Origin: an uncultured delta proteobacterium
Lineage (GTDB): Bacteria > Myxococcota > Myxococcia > Myxococcales > Myxococcaceae
Assembly: GCA_963796055.1 (NCBI GenBank)
Contig: CAWCKH010000004.1
Span: 928,001-992,000, forward strand
Direction of reading: 5' to 3'
Length of the DNA: 64,000 bases
Positions 1 through 9,915 of this stretch are shown here, one piece after another. Below the pieces are notes generated by a model. The model was not told the DNA's origin. It worked only from the letters and a program-made list of their open reading frames with translations, and did no database searches. The translations under genes and the position numbers were made by a program. Position 1 is the stretch's first letter, and the number at the start of each line of letters is the position of its first letter.

Positions 1-197
1 CCGGAGAGCACGTCGGCCGACGCGCGCTCGTACGCCATGCTCTCCGAGCGGCCCACCGCGGTCAGCACCGAGCCCCGGTAGCTGCGCAGCCGGACCTCGT
101 GCAGGGTCACCTCGGGCGGCGCCGGGCCGTCGTCCTTCGGCGGCGAACCGCAGGCGGCGATCAGGAGCAGGATTGCGAGCGGGAACCTCACCGGCAC
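1..197 (-). CDS. LptC-like LPS export lipoprotein (5' part; runs off window)
   Basis: Manual translation VPVRFPLAILLLIAACGSPP...PPEVTLHEVRLRSYRGSVLTAVGRSESMAYER has a lipobox (IAAC). It lies directly downstream of the lipid A acyltransferase. Family call by resemblance only. Confidence 0.45.
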   Translation of the reverse strand, partial: MPVRFPLAILLLIAACGSPPKDDGPAPPEVTLHEVRLRSYRGSVLTAVGRSESMAYERASADVLS

Positions 198-207
198 CCT
201 CAACGGC

Positions 208-1113
208 CTAGCACGCTTTGGTCTTCCATCGCTGGTGCATCCAGACCCACTGCTCGGGGTGGGCGCGGATGGCGGCCTCGATGGGGGCGGTGAGCCGGGC
301 GGTCAGCTCCACCGCGTCGCGCTCGGCATCCCCGGTGCGGGGCACCTCCACCTCCTCCGAGCTGAGCTGGTAGGTCCCGTCCTCGCGCTTGTGCACCAGG
401 CAGACCACCGCCGCGGCCCCGGTGCGCAGGACCAGGTCTGCCGCCGCGCGCGGGGTGGCCGCCGGACGCCCGAAGAAGGGGACGAAGACGTTCTGCACGT
501 TGGTGTCCTGGTCGATGAGCATCGCCAGCAGCTCGCCCTTCCGGAGCGCCTTCAGCAGCGCCACCGCCGCCCCCGGCTGCCCGCGCCAGATGGCCCGCAG
601 CCCGCCCCGGGCCCGGAAGCGGTCCATCAGCCGGGTGAGGCGCGGGTCGACGTTCTCCTTCCCCACCGCGTGCAGGGGCAACCCATGGCGGACCACGCCC
701 CAGCCCTGCAGCTCCCAGTTGCCGAAGTGCGCGCCCACCACCACCACGCCCTTGCCTCGCGCGTAGGCCCGATCCAGCGCCGCGAGCGCATCCCCCGAGG
801 AGTCCACCAGCCGGTCGAACCTGTCACCCAGCCGGGGGGCGACGGCCATCTCCAGCACCGCGGTGCCCAGGTGCCGGAAGCACCGCCGGGCCAGCGTGCG
901 CCGGGCCTCCTCGGACATCTCCGGAAAGGCCACCGAGAGGCTGGCCATCGCCTTGCTCCGCTCACCGGGGGCGAGGTGGAACGCCGCGCTCCCCAGCGCC
1001 CGCCCGAGCGCCTGGGCCCAGCCGAGCGGGAGGAGACCGACCAGCGCGAGCGCGGCGCGGAGGAGCCCGTAGCGGAGGGTTCGCTTCAGGCGCTTGGACA
1101 GGGGTGGTGCCAC
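208..1113 (-). CDS. Lipid A biosynthesis lauroyl/late acyltransferase (LpxL/HtrB family)
   Basis: HFGNWE, LIDQD, VPFFGRPA and HPEQWVWMHQRWK motifs. Confidence 0.9.
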   Translation of the reverse strand: MAPPLSKRLKRTLRYGLLRAALALVGLLPLGWAQALGRALGSAAFHLAPGERSKAMASLSVAFPEMSEEARRTLARRCFRHLGTAVLEMAVAPRLGDRFDRLVDSSGDALAALDRAYARGKGVVVVGAHFGNWELQGWGVVRHGLPLHAVGKENVDPRLTRLMDRFRARGGLRAIWRGQPGAAVALLKALRKGELLAMLIDQDTNVQNVFVPFFGRPAATPRAAADLVLRTGAAAVVCLVHKREDGTYQLSSEEVEVPRTGDAERDAVELTARLTAPIEAAIRAHPEQWVWMHQRWKTKAC

Positions 1114-1135
1114 CGTGGGAAACGAGGGGACTCAT

Positions 1136-2471
1136 ATGGCACAGCGGGAGTGGAACTTCGACGGACTGGTGGGCCCCACCCACAACTACGCCGGGCTCTC
1201 GCCGGGGAACCTCGCCTCGCAGACGCACGAGGGCAGCATCTCCAACCCGCGCGAGGCGGCGCTGCAGGGGCTGGAGAAGATGCGCTTCGTCGCCGGACTG
1301 GGGGTGGGCCAGGCCGTGCTCCCGCCGCACCCGCGGCCGTCGCTGCGGACCCTGCGCGCGCTGGGCTACGTGGGCAGCGACGAGCAGGTGCTGGCGCAGG
1401 TGATGACCGAGGACGAGTTCCTCCTCCGGCTGTGCTCGAGCGCCGCGGCGATGTGGACCGCCAACGCCGCCACCTGCGCGCCGTCGAGCGACGCCGCCGA
1501 CGGCCGGATGCACCTCACCGTCGCCAATCTCCAGGCGATGTTCCACCGGGTGCTGGAGGGCGAGACGACGCACGCCGTCCTCCGGGCCATCTTCTCCGAC
1601 CAGCGTCGCTTCGCGGTGCACGCCCCGCTGCCCGGCGGTGGCCACTTCGCCGACGAGGGCGCGGCGAACCACGTCCGCCTCGCGGTCGAGGGCCGTCCGG
1701 CGATGCACCTCTTCGCCTGGGGCCGGAGCACCTGGCACCCGGTGAAGGGACCGGACCGCTTCCCGGCGCGGCAGACGCTCGAGGCCTCGCACGCGCATCG
1801 CCCGGCTGCACCAGCTCCACCCGGACGCGTGCCTCTTCCCGCAGCAGTCGCCGGCCGGCATCGACGGCGGCGCCTTCCACACCGACGTGCTGGCGGTGGG
1901 CAACGACAGCTTCCTCATGCTGCACGAGGAGGCGTTCGTCGCCGTCGAGCCGCTCTTGCAGACGCTGCGCAACCGGCTCGGGGACGGCTTCCGCTGGGCG
2001 ATGGCCAGCTCCCGCGAGCTGCCGGTCTCCGAGGCGGTATTCGGTTACCCGTTCAACAGCCAGGTGCTGACCTTGCCGGACGGGACGATGTGCATCGTTG
2101 CGCCCATCGAGTCGCGGCAGCGGCCGAGGCCGCGTGCGTTCCTGGAGCGGGTGGTGGCCGAGGAGAATCCGGTGAAGCAGGTGCACTACCTGGACGTGCG
2201 CCAGTCGATGAACAACGGCGGCGGTCCGGCCTGCCTGCGCCAGCGCATCCGACTCACCGAGGAGGAGCGGGCGGCGGTGAAGGCGCGGGTGTTCCTCGAC
2301 GCCGCGCTGGGCGCAGATCTCGAGGCGTGGATCCGCAGGCACTACCGGGACCGGCTGGGCGTGAAGGACCTCGCGGACCCGGCGCTGGCCCGGGAGTCGA
2401 TGACCGCGCTCGACGAGCTCACGCAGATCCTCGGGCTGGGCAGCGTGTACGACTTCCAGCAGACGGCCTGA
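1136..2471 (+). CDS. astB: N-succinylarginine dihydrolase (frameshift near 1795)
   Basis: N-terminus EWNFDGLVGPTHNYAGLSPGN, DEGAANH, and C-terminal SMNNGGGPACLR...LGLGSVYDFQ, split over two frames. Confidence 0.93.
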
Positions 2472-2484
2472 CGACTCGTCCCGG

Positions 2485-3066
2485 TCACTCGGTCGTCGAG
2501 GGGGAGCCACGGAGCTGCGGCTGACAGGCGGTGCCGAAGACGGCGGCCTCCGCGCAGTACGTCGCGTCGAGGTGCCCGGAGAGGTGCTCGGCGGCAAAGC
2601 TCAGGTCCACCGAGAGGACGGTGTGCGCGCCGGCCTGCGGCAGCCCGACGCTCTCCACGGTCGCGTTGCCGCTGGTGGGACCGAGCGAGCCAAAGGTGAG
2701 GCACTCCCTGGTCCAGAACAGGATGGCGAACGAGTACAGGCCGGCGCTGCTGACGGGGGCGTTGCGGGCGACGAGCGTGTAGCTCCCTGTGACCAGCGGC
2801 TGGACCGAGGACCCGTTCCAGTTGGCGAGAACCAGCTCCAGGAGGTTCATCTCGTTCGACGGTTTCTGCTGCCCGTTGAGGATGGCGCAGAGGTTCTCTT
2901 GATCGGCGGCGGCGACGAAGACCTCGCCGTCCCCCAGCGGGACGAACACCGCCTCCTTCACCGAGACCTCGTGGCCTCCGACCTTGCCGTCGAGCGAGCC
3001 CGCTCCTCCCGAACCGCACCCCAGCAGGACCGACGTGGCGGCGACGACGACGCTCGTCCTCGACAT
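2485..3066 (-). CDS. Hypothetical lipoprotein
   Basis: 193-aa ORF with lipobox LLGC and a globular amino-acid composition. Confidence 0.65.
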   Translation of the reverse strand: MSRTSVVVAATSVLLGCGSGGAGSLDGKVGGHEVSVKEAVFVPLGDGEVFVAAADQENLCAILNGQQKPSNEMNLLELVLANWNGSSVQPLVTGSYTLVARNAPVSSAGLYSFAILFWTRECLTFGSLGPTSGNATVESVGLPQAGAHTVLSVDLSFAAEHLSGHLDATYCAEAAVFGTACQPQLRGSPSTTE

Positions 3067-3090
3067 GGTTCCCCCCAGCCGGCTCCGAGC

Positions 3091-3657
3091 CTAGCCTGAC
3101 GCCGGCGGACGTGCTCCTCGCGCCGCCGCCGCGGCCTCCGGGCGCCACCCGGGGAGGTAGGAGACGGCCAGGGCCACCAGCGCCCCTCCGACCACCGCGA
3201 GGATGCGGTCCAGCGCGAAGCGGAGCTCCTGGGGCTGGCCCACGTGCCCCTCGGGCCGGATGAGCAGCACCGCGCAGCAGACGCAGGCAGGCCGGAGCCC
3301 GTCCTCCAGGCCGAAGGCAGCGCACAGGGTGCACGTCACCACCAAGGCGAGGAGGAAGGCCGGCGTGCCGTCCAGTCCGATCGAGACCGCGCCCACGCTC
3401 GCCGCCGCCCCGAGCAGCGTGGCGACGAAGCGGTTCACGCTGTGCTTCCGCGTGGCCACGGGATCCGGCTGGAGCACCAGGATGGCGGAGATGATCGCCC
3501 ACGGCCCGGACAGGTGCAGGGCACGGGCGAGGAGCCCGGTGACGATGGCGGTGAAGACCAGCCGCGCCTCGTAGGCGCGCGGCGACCAGGCCATGACCGC
3601 TGCGCGCAGCGCCTCGACCACCTTCTTCCGGGCCTCGGGGTGCGCGTTTGGGTTCAT
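3091..3657 (-). CDS. FUSC/aromatic acid exporter family membrane protein
   Basis: WAIISAILVLQP...SVNRFVATLLG...FALDRILAVVGG pattern with several TM helices. It forms the C-terminal part of the spurious 1139-aa ORF. Confidence 0.75.
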   Translation of the reverse strand: MNPNAHPEARKKVVEALRAAVMAWSPRAYEARLVFTAIVTGLLARALHLSGPWAIISAILVLQPDPVATRKHSVNRFVATLLGAAASVGAVSIGLDGTPAFLLALVVTCTLCAAFGLEDGLRPACVCCAVLLIRPEGHVGQPQELRFALDRILAVVGGALVALAVSYLPGWRPEAAAAARGARPPASG

Positions 3658-3667
3658 CCGCAGCGAG

Positions 3668-6247
3668 CTATCGGGCCTGAGCCCGGCGTGGCGCGGGGCG
3701 CTCGGAGCCGGCGTCGGGTGGCTCGAGCCCCTCGAGACCGCGGGCCGGGTCGAGCGCCCGCATCGTCTCGGTGTCGATGGCCGTCCGGAGCCGCTCCATC
3801 CACGCCTGGGTCGCCCGGGTCCGCGGGCTGGCCGGAGAGCGAGACCGCGGTCTCGACCTCGTGGAGCGCCTCGTGCGGCCGCTTGAGGTTCTCGTACAGC
3901 TCGGCGGCCTGGCGGTGGAGGCCGGGCTCGCCGGGGGAGAGGCGCATGGCGGTCTGGACCAGGTCGAGCGCGCGGCCGTAGCGGCCCTCGACGCGGTAGG
4001 TCTCGGCCTGGGCGAGGACCAGGCGGGTGCGGGGGCCGCCGGCGCCGAGGAAGGGCTGGATGCGCTCCAGGGCGGCGCGGGCCAGGGCGGGTCGGCCCTC
4101 GGCGACGAGGTACCCGGCGAGGGCGAAGGCGATCTCGGCGTCGCCGGGCTTGCGGGCGACGGCGGACTCGAGGGTGCGGATGGCCTCGCGGCGGCGGCCG
4201 AGCGCGGCGAGGGCCTCGGCGCGGGGGAGGGCCACGTCCTGTCCGGCCTGCTCGGCGTTGTCGAGGAGGACGAGCGCGCCGGCCGGGTCGCCGGTCTGCA
4301 GCCGCATGCGGGCCGCGGTGACGCTCGAGCGCGGCGGCCTCGGGGCGCCCGTCGAAGGCGAGCAGGGCGCGGTCGAGGAGCCCGCGCGCGTCGTCGAAGC
4401 GGCCGCGCTTCCAGAGCTCGGTGACGAGCAGGTCGACGTGCGACGGGGTCTCGCCGACCAGGTTCCACAGCGCGTCGACGTCGCGGGCGCGGGGGAGCGC
4501 CTCGGCGAGGACGGCGGCGGTCTCGGCGCCGGACTCGAGCGCGAGCCGCTCCTCGACCAGGGCCTGGGCGGGGGCGCCGAGCTGGAACAGGGCGCGGGCC
4601 ACGACGCGGTGGGTGTCGGGGTCGAGCGGCTGGAGGAACAGGGCGCGGTTGAGCCAGGCGAGCGCGACGCGGGGCTGTCCGCCGGGGCGGGTGGCCTCGG
4701 TCCATCCGGCGATGCGGTAGAGGACGGCGTCGGCGGGGTGGCGGTCGACGAGGGCGCGGGCCTCGGTGCGGACGCTGGCGGCGTTGCCCGTGGCGTGGGC
4801 GGCGAGCCGGGCCTCGGCGCGGGCGGTCGAGTCGGCGCCGCGGACGAGCCCGAGGACGGCGAGGAGCGCCACGGCGGCGAGGCCGGCGAGCGCGGGGGTG
4901 CGCTGGAGAGGCCGCTCGTTCCGCGCGACCCAGGAGCCGGAGGCGATGCCCAGGGCGACGGCGGCGGCGGTGGCGCAGGCGGGCAGCTCGAGGGCGAAGT
5001 CGAAGAGGTCGTGGAGGACGAGCGCGCCCACGCCGGCCCAGGCGGCGAGGACGAGGGGGCCGTTGCCGGCGCGGGCGGTCTTGACCGTGGCCCAGGCGGC
5101 GAGCGCGACGAGGCCGAGGGTGGCGGGGATGCCGAGCTCGGTGGCGAGCTGGAGGGGGAGGTTCTCCGGGTACTCGAAGGTGAAGACGAGGCGTGGAGTG
5201 GGGGGTCTGCCAGCGCGGGAAGGCGACGGCGAAGGTGCCGCGGCCGAGGCCGGTGAGCCAGGCGGCGACCGCGGGCCGGGAGAACATGGGCCACAGGTCG
5301 ACCTTGGAGCTCTGCAGCTTCTCCAGGGTATCGACCGTGGCGAGCCTGGCGCCGATACGGTCCAGGGCGAGGTAGCCGGCGACGAAGGCCACGGTGCCCA
5401 CGGCGAGGGCGACGGGGATGGCCCGGCCGCCGGTGGTGCCGCGGGCGTCGCGGCGACGGAGGAGCAGGAGGAGGAAGGCGAGCTGTCCGGCGCACCAGAA
5501 GGCGATGCCGCCGCGGGAGAGGGAGAGGAAGGCGGCGGCGCCGACGGCGACGGCGGCGGCGAGCCAGAGGGCCTGGCGGGGGCGGTTGGGGTGGCTCTCG
5601 GCGGCGAGGCCGAGGAGGAGGGCGGAGGCGAGGGTGGCGAAGGCGGCGAGGTGGTTGGGGTTGCCGAAGGGGGTGAGGAACGGGAGCTGGCCGTTCTGGA
5701 ATCGGTGCAGTCCGAAGAGGGTTGAAGCGTCGGCGAGGGCGTGGCCGAAGCCGATGAGGGCGACGGCGAGGCCGGTGAGGCCGATCCCGGCGGCGAGGTG
5801 GCGGCGGCTGGTGCGCGAGCGGCAGAGCCCGGCGGCGGCGGTGAGGGCGGCGGCGGCGGCGAGCGAGCCGGTGAGCGCGGCGGCGGTGGCGGGCGGGTCG
5901 TGGGAGAGCGGGCGCCAGCCGTCGAGGCCGAGCGGGACGAGGGCGAAGGCGCGGAGCTCGCCCATGGGCGGGCTGAGGAGGGCGAGGAGCCCGGGCGGGA
6001 GCGGGACGAGCTGGAGGGCGCAGAGGCCGGCGACGCCGAGTGGAAGGAGCGCGAGTGGCGGAACGACGAGGCGGCCCGAGTCGGAGGCGACGAGGAGCCC
6101 CAGGGCGGTGGCGGACAGCAGGGTGGCGAGGACCGCGGCGCCGGGTGGGGCGCCTCCGAGCCAGAGCGTGGGTCCGGCCACGGCGGCCACGAGGGCGACG
6201 GTGGCGGCGCGGCGGAGTGGCTCGGTCCTTCGGGAGGGCTGCGCCAT
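3668..6247 (-). CDS. O-antigen ligase (Wzy_C) family membrane protein with C-terminal TPR repeats (frameshifts near 5200, 4325, 3815)
   Basis: PFGNPNHLAAF, SLSRGG, GLGRGTF and YPENLPLQLATELG ligase motifs, followed by helical TPR-like repeats (ALFLQPLDPDTH, AVARKPGDAEIAFALA, AMRLSPGEPGLH). Confidence 0.8.
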   Translation of the reverse strand: MAQPSRRTEPLRRAATVALVAAVAGPTLWLGGAPPGAAVLATLLSATALGLLVASDSGRLVVPPLALLPLGVAGLCALQLVPLPPGLLALLSPPMGELRAFALVPLGLDGWRPLSHDPPATAAALTGSLAAAAALTAAAGLCRSRTSRRHLAAGIGLTGLAVALIGFGHALADASTLFGLHRFQNGQLPFLTPFGNPNHLAAFATLASALLLGLAAESHPNRPRQALWLAAAVAVGAAAFLSLSRGGIAFWCAGQLAFLLLLLRRRDARGTTGGRAIPVALAVGTVAFVAGYLALDRIGARLATVDTLEKLQSSKVDLWPMFSRPAVAAWLTGLGRGTFAVAFPRWQTPHSTPRLHLRVPGEPPPPARHRARHPRHPRPRRARRLGHGQDRPRRQRPPRPRRLGRRGRARPPRPLRLRPRAARLRHRRRRRPGHRLRLLGRAERAASPAHPRARRPRRRGAPRRPRARPRRRLDRPRRGPARRPRHGQRRQRPHRGPRPRRPPPRRRRPLPHRRMDRGHPPRRTAPRRARLAQPRPVPPAARPRHPPRRGPRPVPARRPRPGPGRGAARARVRRRDRRRPRRGAPPRPRRRRAVEPGRRDPVARRPARHRALEARPLRRRARAPRPRPARLRRAPRGRRARASPRPACGCRPATRPARSSSSTTPSRPDRTWPSPAPRPSPRSAAAARPSAPSSPPSPASPATPRSPSPSPGTSSPRADPPWPAPPWSASSPSSAPAAPAPAWSSPRPRPTASRAATAARSTWSRPPCASPPASPASTARPPSCTRTSSGRTRRSTRSRPRSRSPASPRTRATQAWMERLRTAIDTETMRALDPARGLEGLEPPDAGSERPAPRRAQAR

Positions 6248-6285
6248 GGACGGAGGGAAGACGCCCATGCTACGCGACCCGGCCC

Positions 6286-6588
6286 ATGTCTCGGTATTTC
6301 CTCTGGGCGTCGGTGCTGTGCGTGCTGGTCTTCGGACCGGCGTGCAAGGGCGACTGCCGGAAGCTCGCGGAGAAGCTCTGCCACTGCGCGGCGAACACCT
6401 CGGACAAGAACCTCTGCATCTCGAACGCGGCGACGGAGCAGGGCCGGGTGGGCACGACGCCCGCGGACGAGCAGCTCTGCGCGACCCTGTACGACGGGTG
6501 TGACTGCCACACCATCAACACGCCGCAGGGAAGAGTGGCCTGTGGGATTGCCCGGCCGCCGCCGGATGGCGGCGTGGTGGGCGGGTAG
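6286..6588 (+). CDS. Small cysteine-rich lipoprotein
   Basis: MSRYFLWASVLCVLVFGPAC signal/lipobox followed by 8 Cys in about 70 aa. Confidence 0.7.
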   Translation: MSRYFLWASVLCVLVFGPACKGDCRKLAEKLCHCAANTSDKNLCISNAATEQGRVGTTPADEQLCATLYDGCDCHTINTPQGRVACGIARPPPDGGVVGG

Positions 6589-7696
6589 TCAGGAGCGGTA
6601 GGCCTCGAGGCAGCGCCGCACCACGCTGGACCACTGGAAGTGCTCGAGCATGCGGGCGCGGGCGGCGGCGCCCATGGCCTCGGCGCGGGCGTGGTCGGTG
6701 CAGAGGGTGACCAGCGCGGTGCGCAGGGCCGCGAGGTCGTCCGGAGGCACGACGAATCCGGTGACTCCGTCGACCACGGCCTCGGGCATCGAGGCCACGT
6801 CGGTGCAGATGGCGGGGATGCCGCAGGCCATGCCCTCGAGGAGCGTCTGTCCCATGAGCTCGGGGACCTTGGTCTCGTTGCCGTATCGGTCGCGGTAGAG
6901 GCTGGGGAGGACGACGCAGCGCGAGCGCCGGTAGGTGTCGACCAGCTTCGAGTCGTCCAGGTCGGTGTGAAACTGGACGCGCTTCCCGGCGGCCAGTTCT
7001 TGAAGCAGCGCGAAGTACTTCGGGTCGTAGGGGCGGCCGACGACGTCGAGCGGGAGATCGAGTGGGAGCGCCTCGATGACCCGGTCGATGCCCTTGTGCG
7101 AGAGGAGACGGCCCACGAAGAGCGCGCCGCCGGTCCTGGGCACGCGCGGGTCCGGCGAGAACTTCTCGGTGTCCACGCCGGTGAGAATGACGTGAGACCA
7201 GGGCTGACCTTCCTGGCCCATCACGCGCCGGCTGTACTGGCTGATGTGCAGGTGGCCGTGGAACCAGCGATCGGTCGAGGTATACGACGAGAAGTCCCAC
7301 CCTCCCCCGCCGAGGTCAGTGACGAAGACGCGGCGGCCGGTGAGGCGGCTGGCGAGGGCGGAGAGGCTGGAGACGAGCAGGTGCTGCTGGTGGCAGTGGA
7401 CCACGTCGGCACGGAGGAGCTCTGGGAGGACGCGAATGCTGAGCGGATTGTGGCGGCTGCCGCGCACGTGCCAGGGCTGGCCGAGCACGCGGACCCGGAG
7501 CGGGCCCTCGCGGAAGCGTGCGATCGGCGGACCCGAAGCTCACGAGCGTGGTGTCCACCTCGCGGGCCATGTGCCGCGCAAGCTCCCACGCGTAGCGCTC
7601 GGCTCCGCCGACGATGCCGTCCTTCTCGTCGAAGAGCGCCGGCACGATGTGCAGGACGCGGCCTGGGCTGGACTGGGTGTCGGGCGCGGAGGTCAG
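6589..7696 (-). CDS. Glycosyltransferase family 4 (frameshift near 7515; start approximate)
   Basis: GGAERYAWELA at the N-terminus; LFVGRLLSHKG and ELMGQTLLEGMACGIP motifs. Confidence 0.85.
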
Positions 7697-8638
7697 TGGG
7701 GAGCGAGGTAGAGGACGGCGAAGACCGCCGCAGCGTAGAGCAGCAGGTTCACGATCGTGGGGACGTCCGAGAGGAGGACCTTCTCGGGTGAACCGGTCAC
7801 GTCCCGCCGGTGGACCAGGTACAGGTAGCGCAGGATCCCGTAGAGAACGAAGGGCAGCGTCCACTTGAGCCGGTCCGACCCGACCTTCGCCACCGTGTCC
7901 GGCGCGACGGTGTAGAGCCCGTACGCGAGGATGCACATGCCCGCGACGGTCGCGAGCATCTGATCGAGCAGCGGCAACGAGTACTCACCGAGCGACGGAC
8001 GGTGCTCCGTCGCCCCATCCTCGAGCGAGACCAGCTCCTGCCGCCGCTTGGCCAGAGCGAGGAACAGCGCCAGCAGGAGCGCGCAGAGGAAGAGCCAGCC
8101 GGAGACAGGTACGCTGATCGCCACTGCGCCGGCGAGGATGCGGAGCACGAACCCCGCCGCGATGCAGAGCACGTCGAGGATGACGTGATGCTTCAGCGAC
8201 GAGGGTGTACGCGATCTGCAGGACCAGATACGCGGCTCCGAGCGCCACGAACTTCCACCCGAGCATCAGGCCCAGGTCGAGACCTGCCGCCCAGCAGATC
8301 ACGATGAGGAGGAGCACCGTCCGGGCACGGATCTCCCGCGCGGCGATGGGCCGGAGCGCCTTCTGCGGATGCCTCCGGTCCTCCTCCCGGTCCATCCAGT
8401 CGTTGAAGACGTAGGTCCCGGAGGAGAGAAAGCAGAAGGCGACGAAGGCCAGGAACGCGCGGGCGGCGAGGTCCGGGACGAAGACCGCCTTGGCGAAGAG
8501 CAGCGGCGCGAAGACTGCGAGGTTCTTCGTCCACTGCCTCGGGCGAAGGGCTCGGAACCAGGCCGGCAGCCGGCTGGGCCTCACTGCCACCGGAGCGGGA
8601 AGCTCAGGGGCGTCCGATGCCGAAGTAGACGAAACCAC
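7693..8638 (-). CDS. UbiA-family polyprenyl-phosphate phosphoribosyltransferase (DPPR synthase-like; frameshift near 8200)
   Basis: LRPRQWTKN, YVFNDWMDREEDRRHPQKALRPIA, AGFVLRILAG and LAKRRQEL motifs. Confidence 0.85.
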
Positions 8639-9902
8639 GCTCGCGCATCCGTGCTGGGTCGAAGATGTTGCGCCCGTCGAAGACGACGGGTTGCTGCATC
8701 AGCTTCTTCATCCGGTCGAAGTCAGGTCGGCGGAACTCGTTCCACTCGGTGAGGACGAACAGGCCGTCCGCCTTCTCCAGCGCCTCGTAGGGGGTCTCGG
8801 TGTAGCGGACGCGGTCCCCGAAGTGCCTCTTCGCGACCTGGGTGGCGACGGGGTCGTGTGCCGACAGCGTGGCGCCCTTCCCCAGGAGCCCCTCGATCAT
8901 CACCAGCGAAGGGGCCTCGCGCATGTCGTCGGTGCGCGGCTTGAAGGCAAGGCCCCACACGGCGAAGTGCTTGCCCGCGAGGTCGCCGTAGTGCCGCGTG
9001 GCCTTCTGGAGCATGAGGCGTTTCTGGGCTTCGTTGGTGCGCTCGACGGCGCGGAGCAGGTCGAACTCGATGCCGAAGTCGCGTGCGGTGGCGACCAGCG
9101 CCTTGACGTCCTTGGGGAAGCAGCTGCCGCCGTAGCCCACGCCGGGGAACAGGAACGGGTAGCCGATCCGCTTGTCGGCGCCCATGCCCTTTCGCACGGC
9201 GTCCACGTCGGCGCCCACGCGCTCGCAGAGCGCCGCCATGTCGTTCATGAACGAGATGCGGGTCGCGAGCATCGCGTTGGCGGCGTACTTGGTGAGCTCC
9301 GCGCTCCGCGGGTCCATGTAGAGGATGGGGTTCTCGGTGCGGACGAACGGCCCGTAGAGCTCGCCCATGATCCTCCGGGCGTGCTCCGAGTTGGTGCCAA
9401 TGACCACGCGATCCGGCTTGAGGAAGTCGTCGATCGCGGCGCCTTCCTTCAGGAACTCGGGGTTCGACACCACGTCGAAGGGCTGGTCGGTGACCTTGGA
9501 GATGGTCTCGCGAACGCGGTCCGCGGTGCCGACCGGCACGGTGCTCTTGTCGACGATGATCGTGTACCGCTTGAGCGCCTTGCCGATCTGCTCGGCAGCG
9601 GAGAGGACGTGCTGGAGGTCGGCGTCGCCGTTCTCGCCCTCGGGGGTGCCCACGGCGATGAAGACGACCTCGGACTGACCGACGGCGCCGGTCAGGTCGG
9701 TGGAGAACGAGAGCCGCTTCTCCCGGACGTTCTTGTGAACCAGCTCCTCGAGGCCAGGCTCGTAGATGGGGAGCTTCCCGGCGTTGAGCGCCTTGATCTT
9801 GGTCGCGTCGACGTCCACGCAGATGACGTCGTTCCCGGAGTCGGCGAAGCAGGTGCCGGCCACGAGGCCCACGTAGCCCGAGCCGACGATCGTCAATTTC
9901 AT
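8604..9902 (-). CDS. ugd: UDP-glucose/GDP-mannose 6-dehydrogenase
   Basis: GSGYVG, AVGTP, KSTVPVGT, SNPEFLKEG, GYGGSCFPKD and LAFKPRTDDMRE. Confidence 0.95.
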   Translation of the reverse strand: MKLTIVGSGYVGLVAGTCFADSGNDVICVDVDATKIKALNAGKLPIYEPGLEELVHKNVREKRLSFSTDLTGAVGQSEVVFIAVGTPEGENGDADLQHVLSAAEQIGKALKRYTIIVDKSTVPVGTADRVRETISKVTDQPFDVVSNPEFLKEGAAIDDFLKPDRVVIGTNSEHARRIMGELYGPFVRTENPILYMDPRSAELTKYAANAMLATRISFMNDMAALCERVGADVDAVRKGMGADKRIGYPFLFPGVGYGGSCFPKDVKALVATARDFGIEFDLLRAVERTNEAQKRLMLQKATRHYGDLAGKHFAVWGLAFKPRTDDMREAPSLVMIEGLLGKGATLSAHDPVATQVAKRHFGDRVRYTETPYEALEKADGLFVLTEWNEFRRPDFDRMKKLMQQPVVFDGRNIFDPARMRERGFVYFGIGRP

Positions 9903-9915
9903 CGCTGTTGGTTCC

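Noticed and set aside
235..2070. Long overlapping or antisense ORFs (this one, 8490-10073, 56409-59195 and similar)
   Set aside because: Shadow ORFs typical of high-GC DNA, Arg/Pro/Gly-rich and overlapping well-supported genes.
3091..6510. 1139-aa ORF as a single protein
   Set aside because: Mostly Pro/Ser-rich off-frame translation. It strings together a middle piece of the ligase-TPR gene and the separate FUSC gene.
6490..6515. Heme-binding motif in the small lipoprotein (CDCH)
   Set aside because: Spacing is CXCH, not CXXCH; disulfides are more likely.
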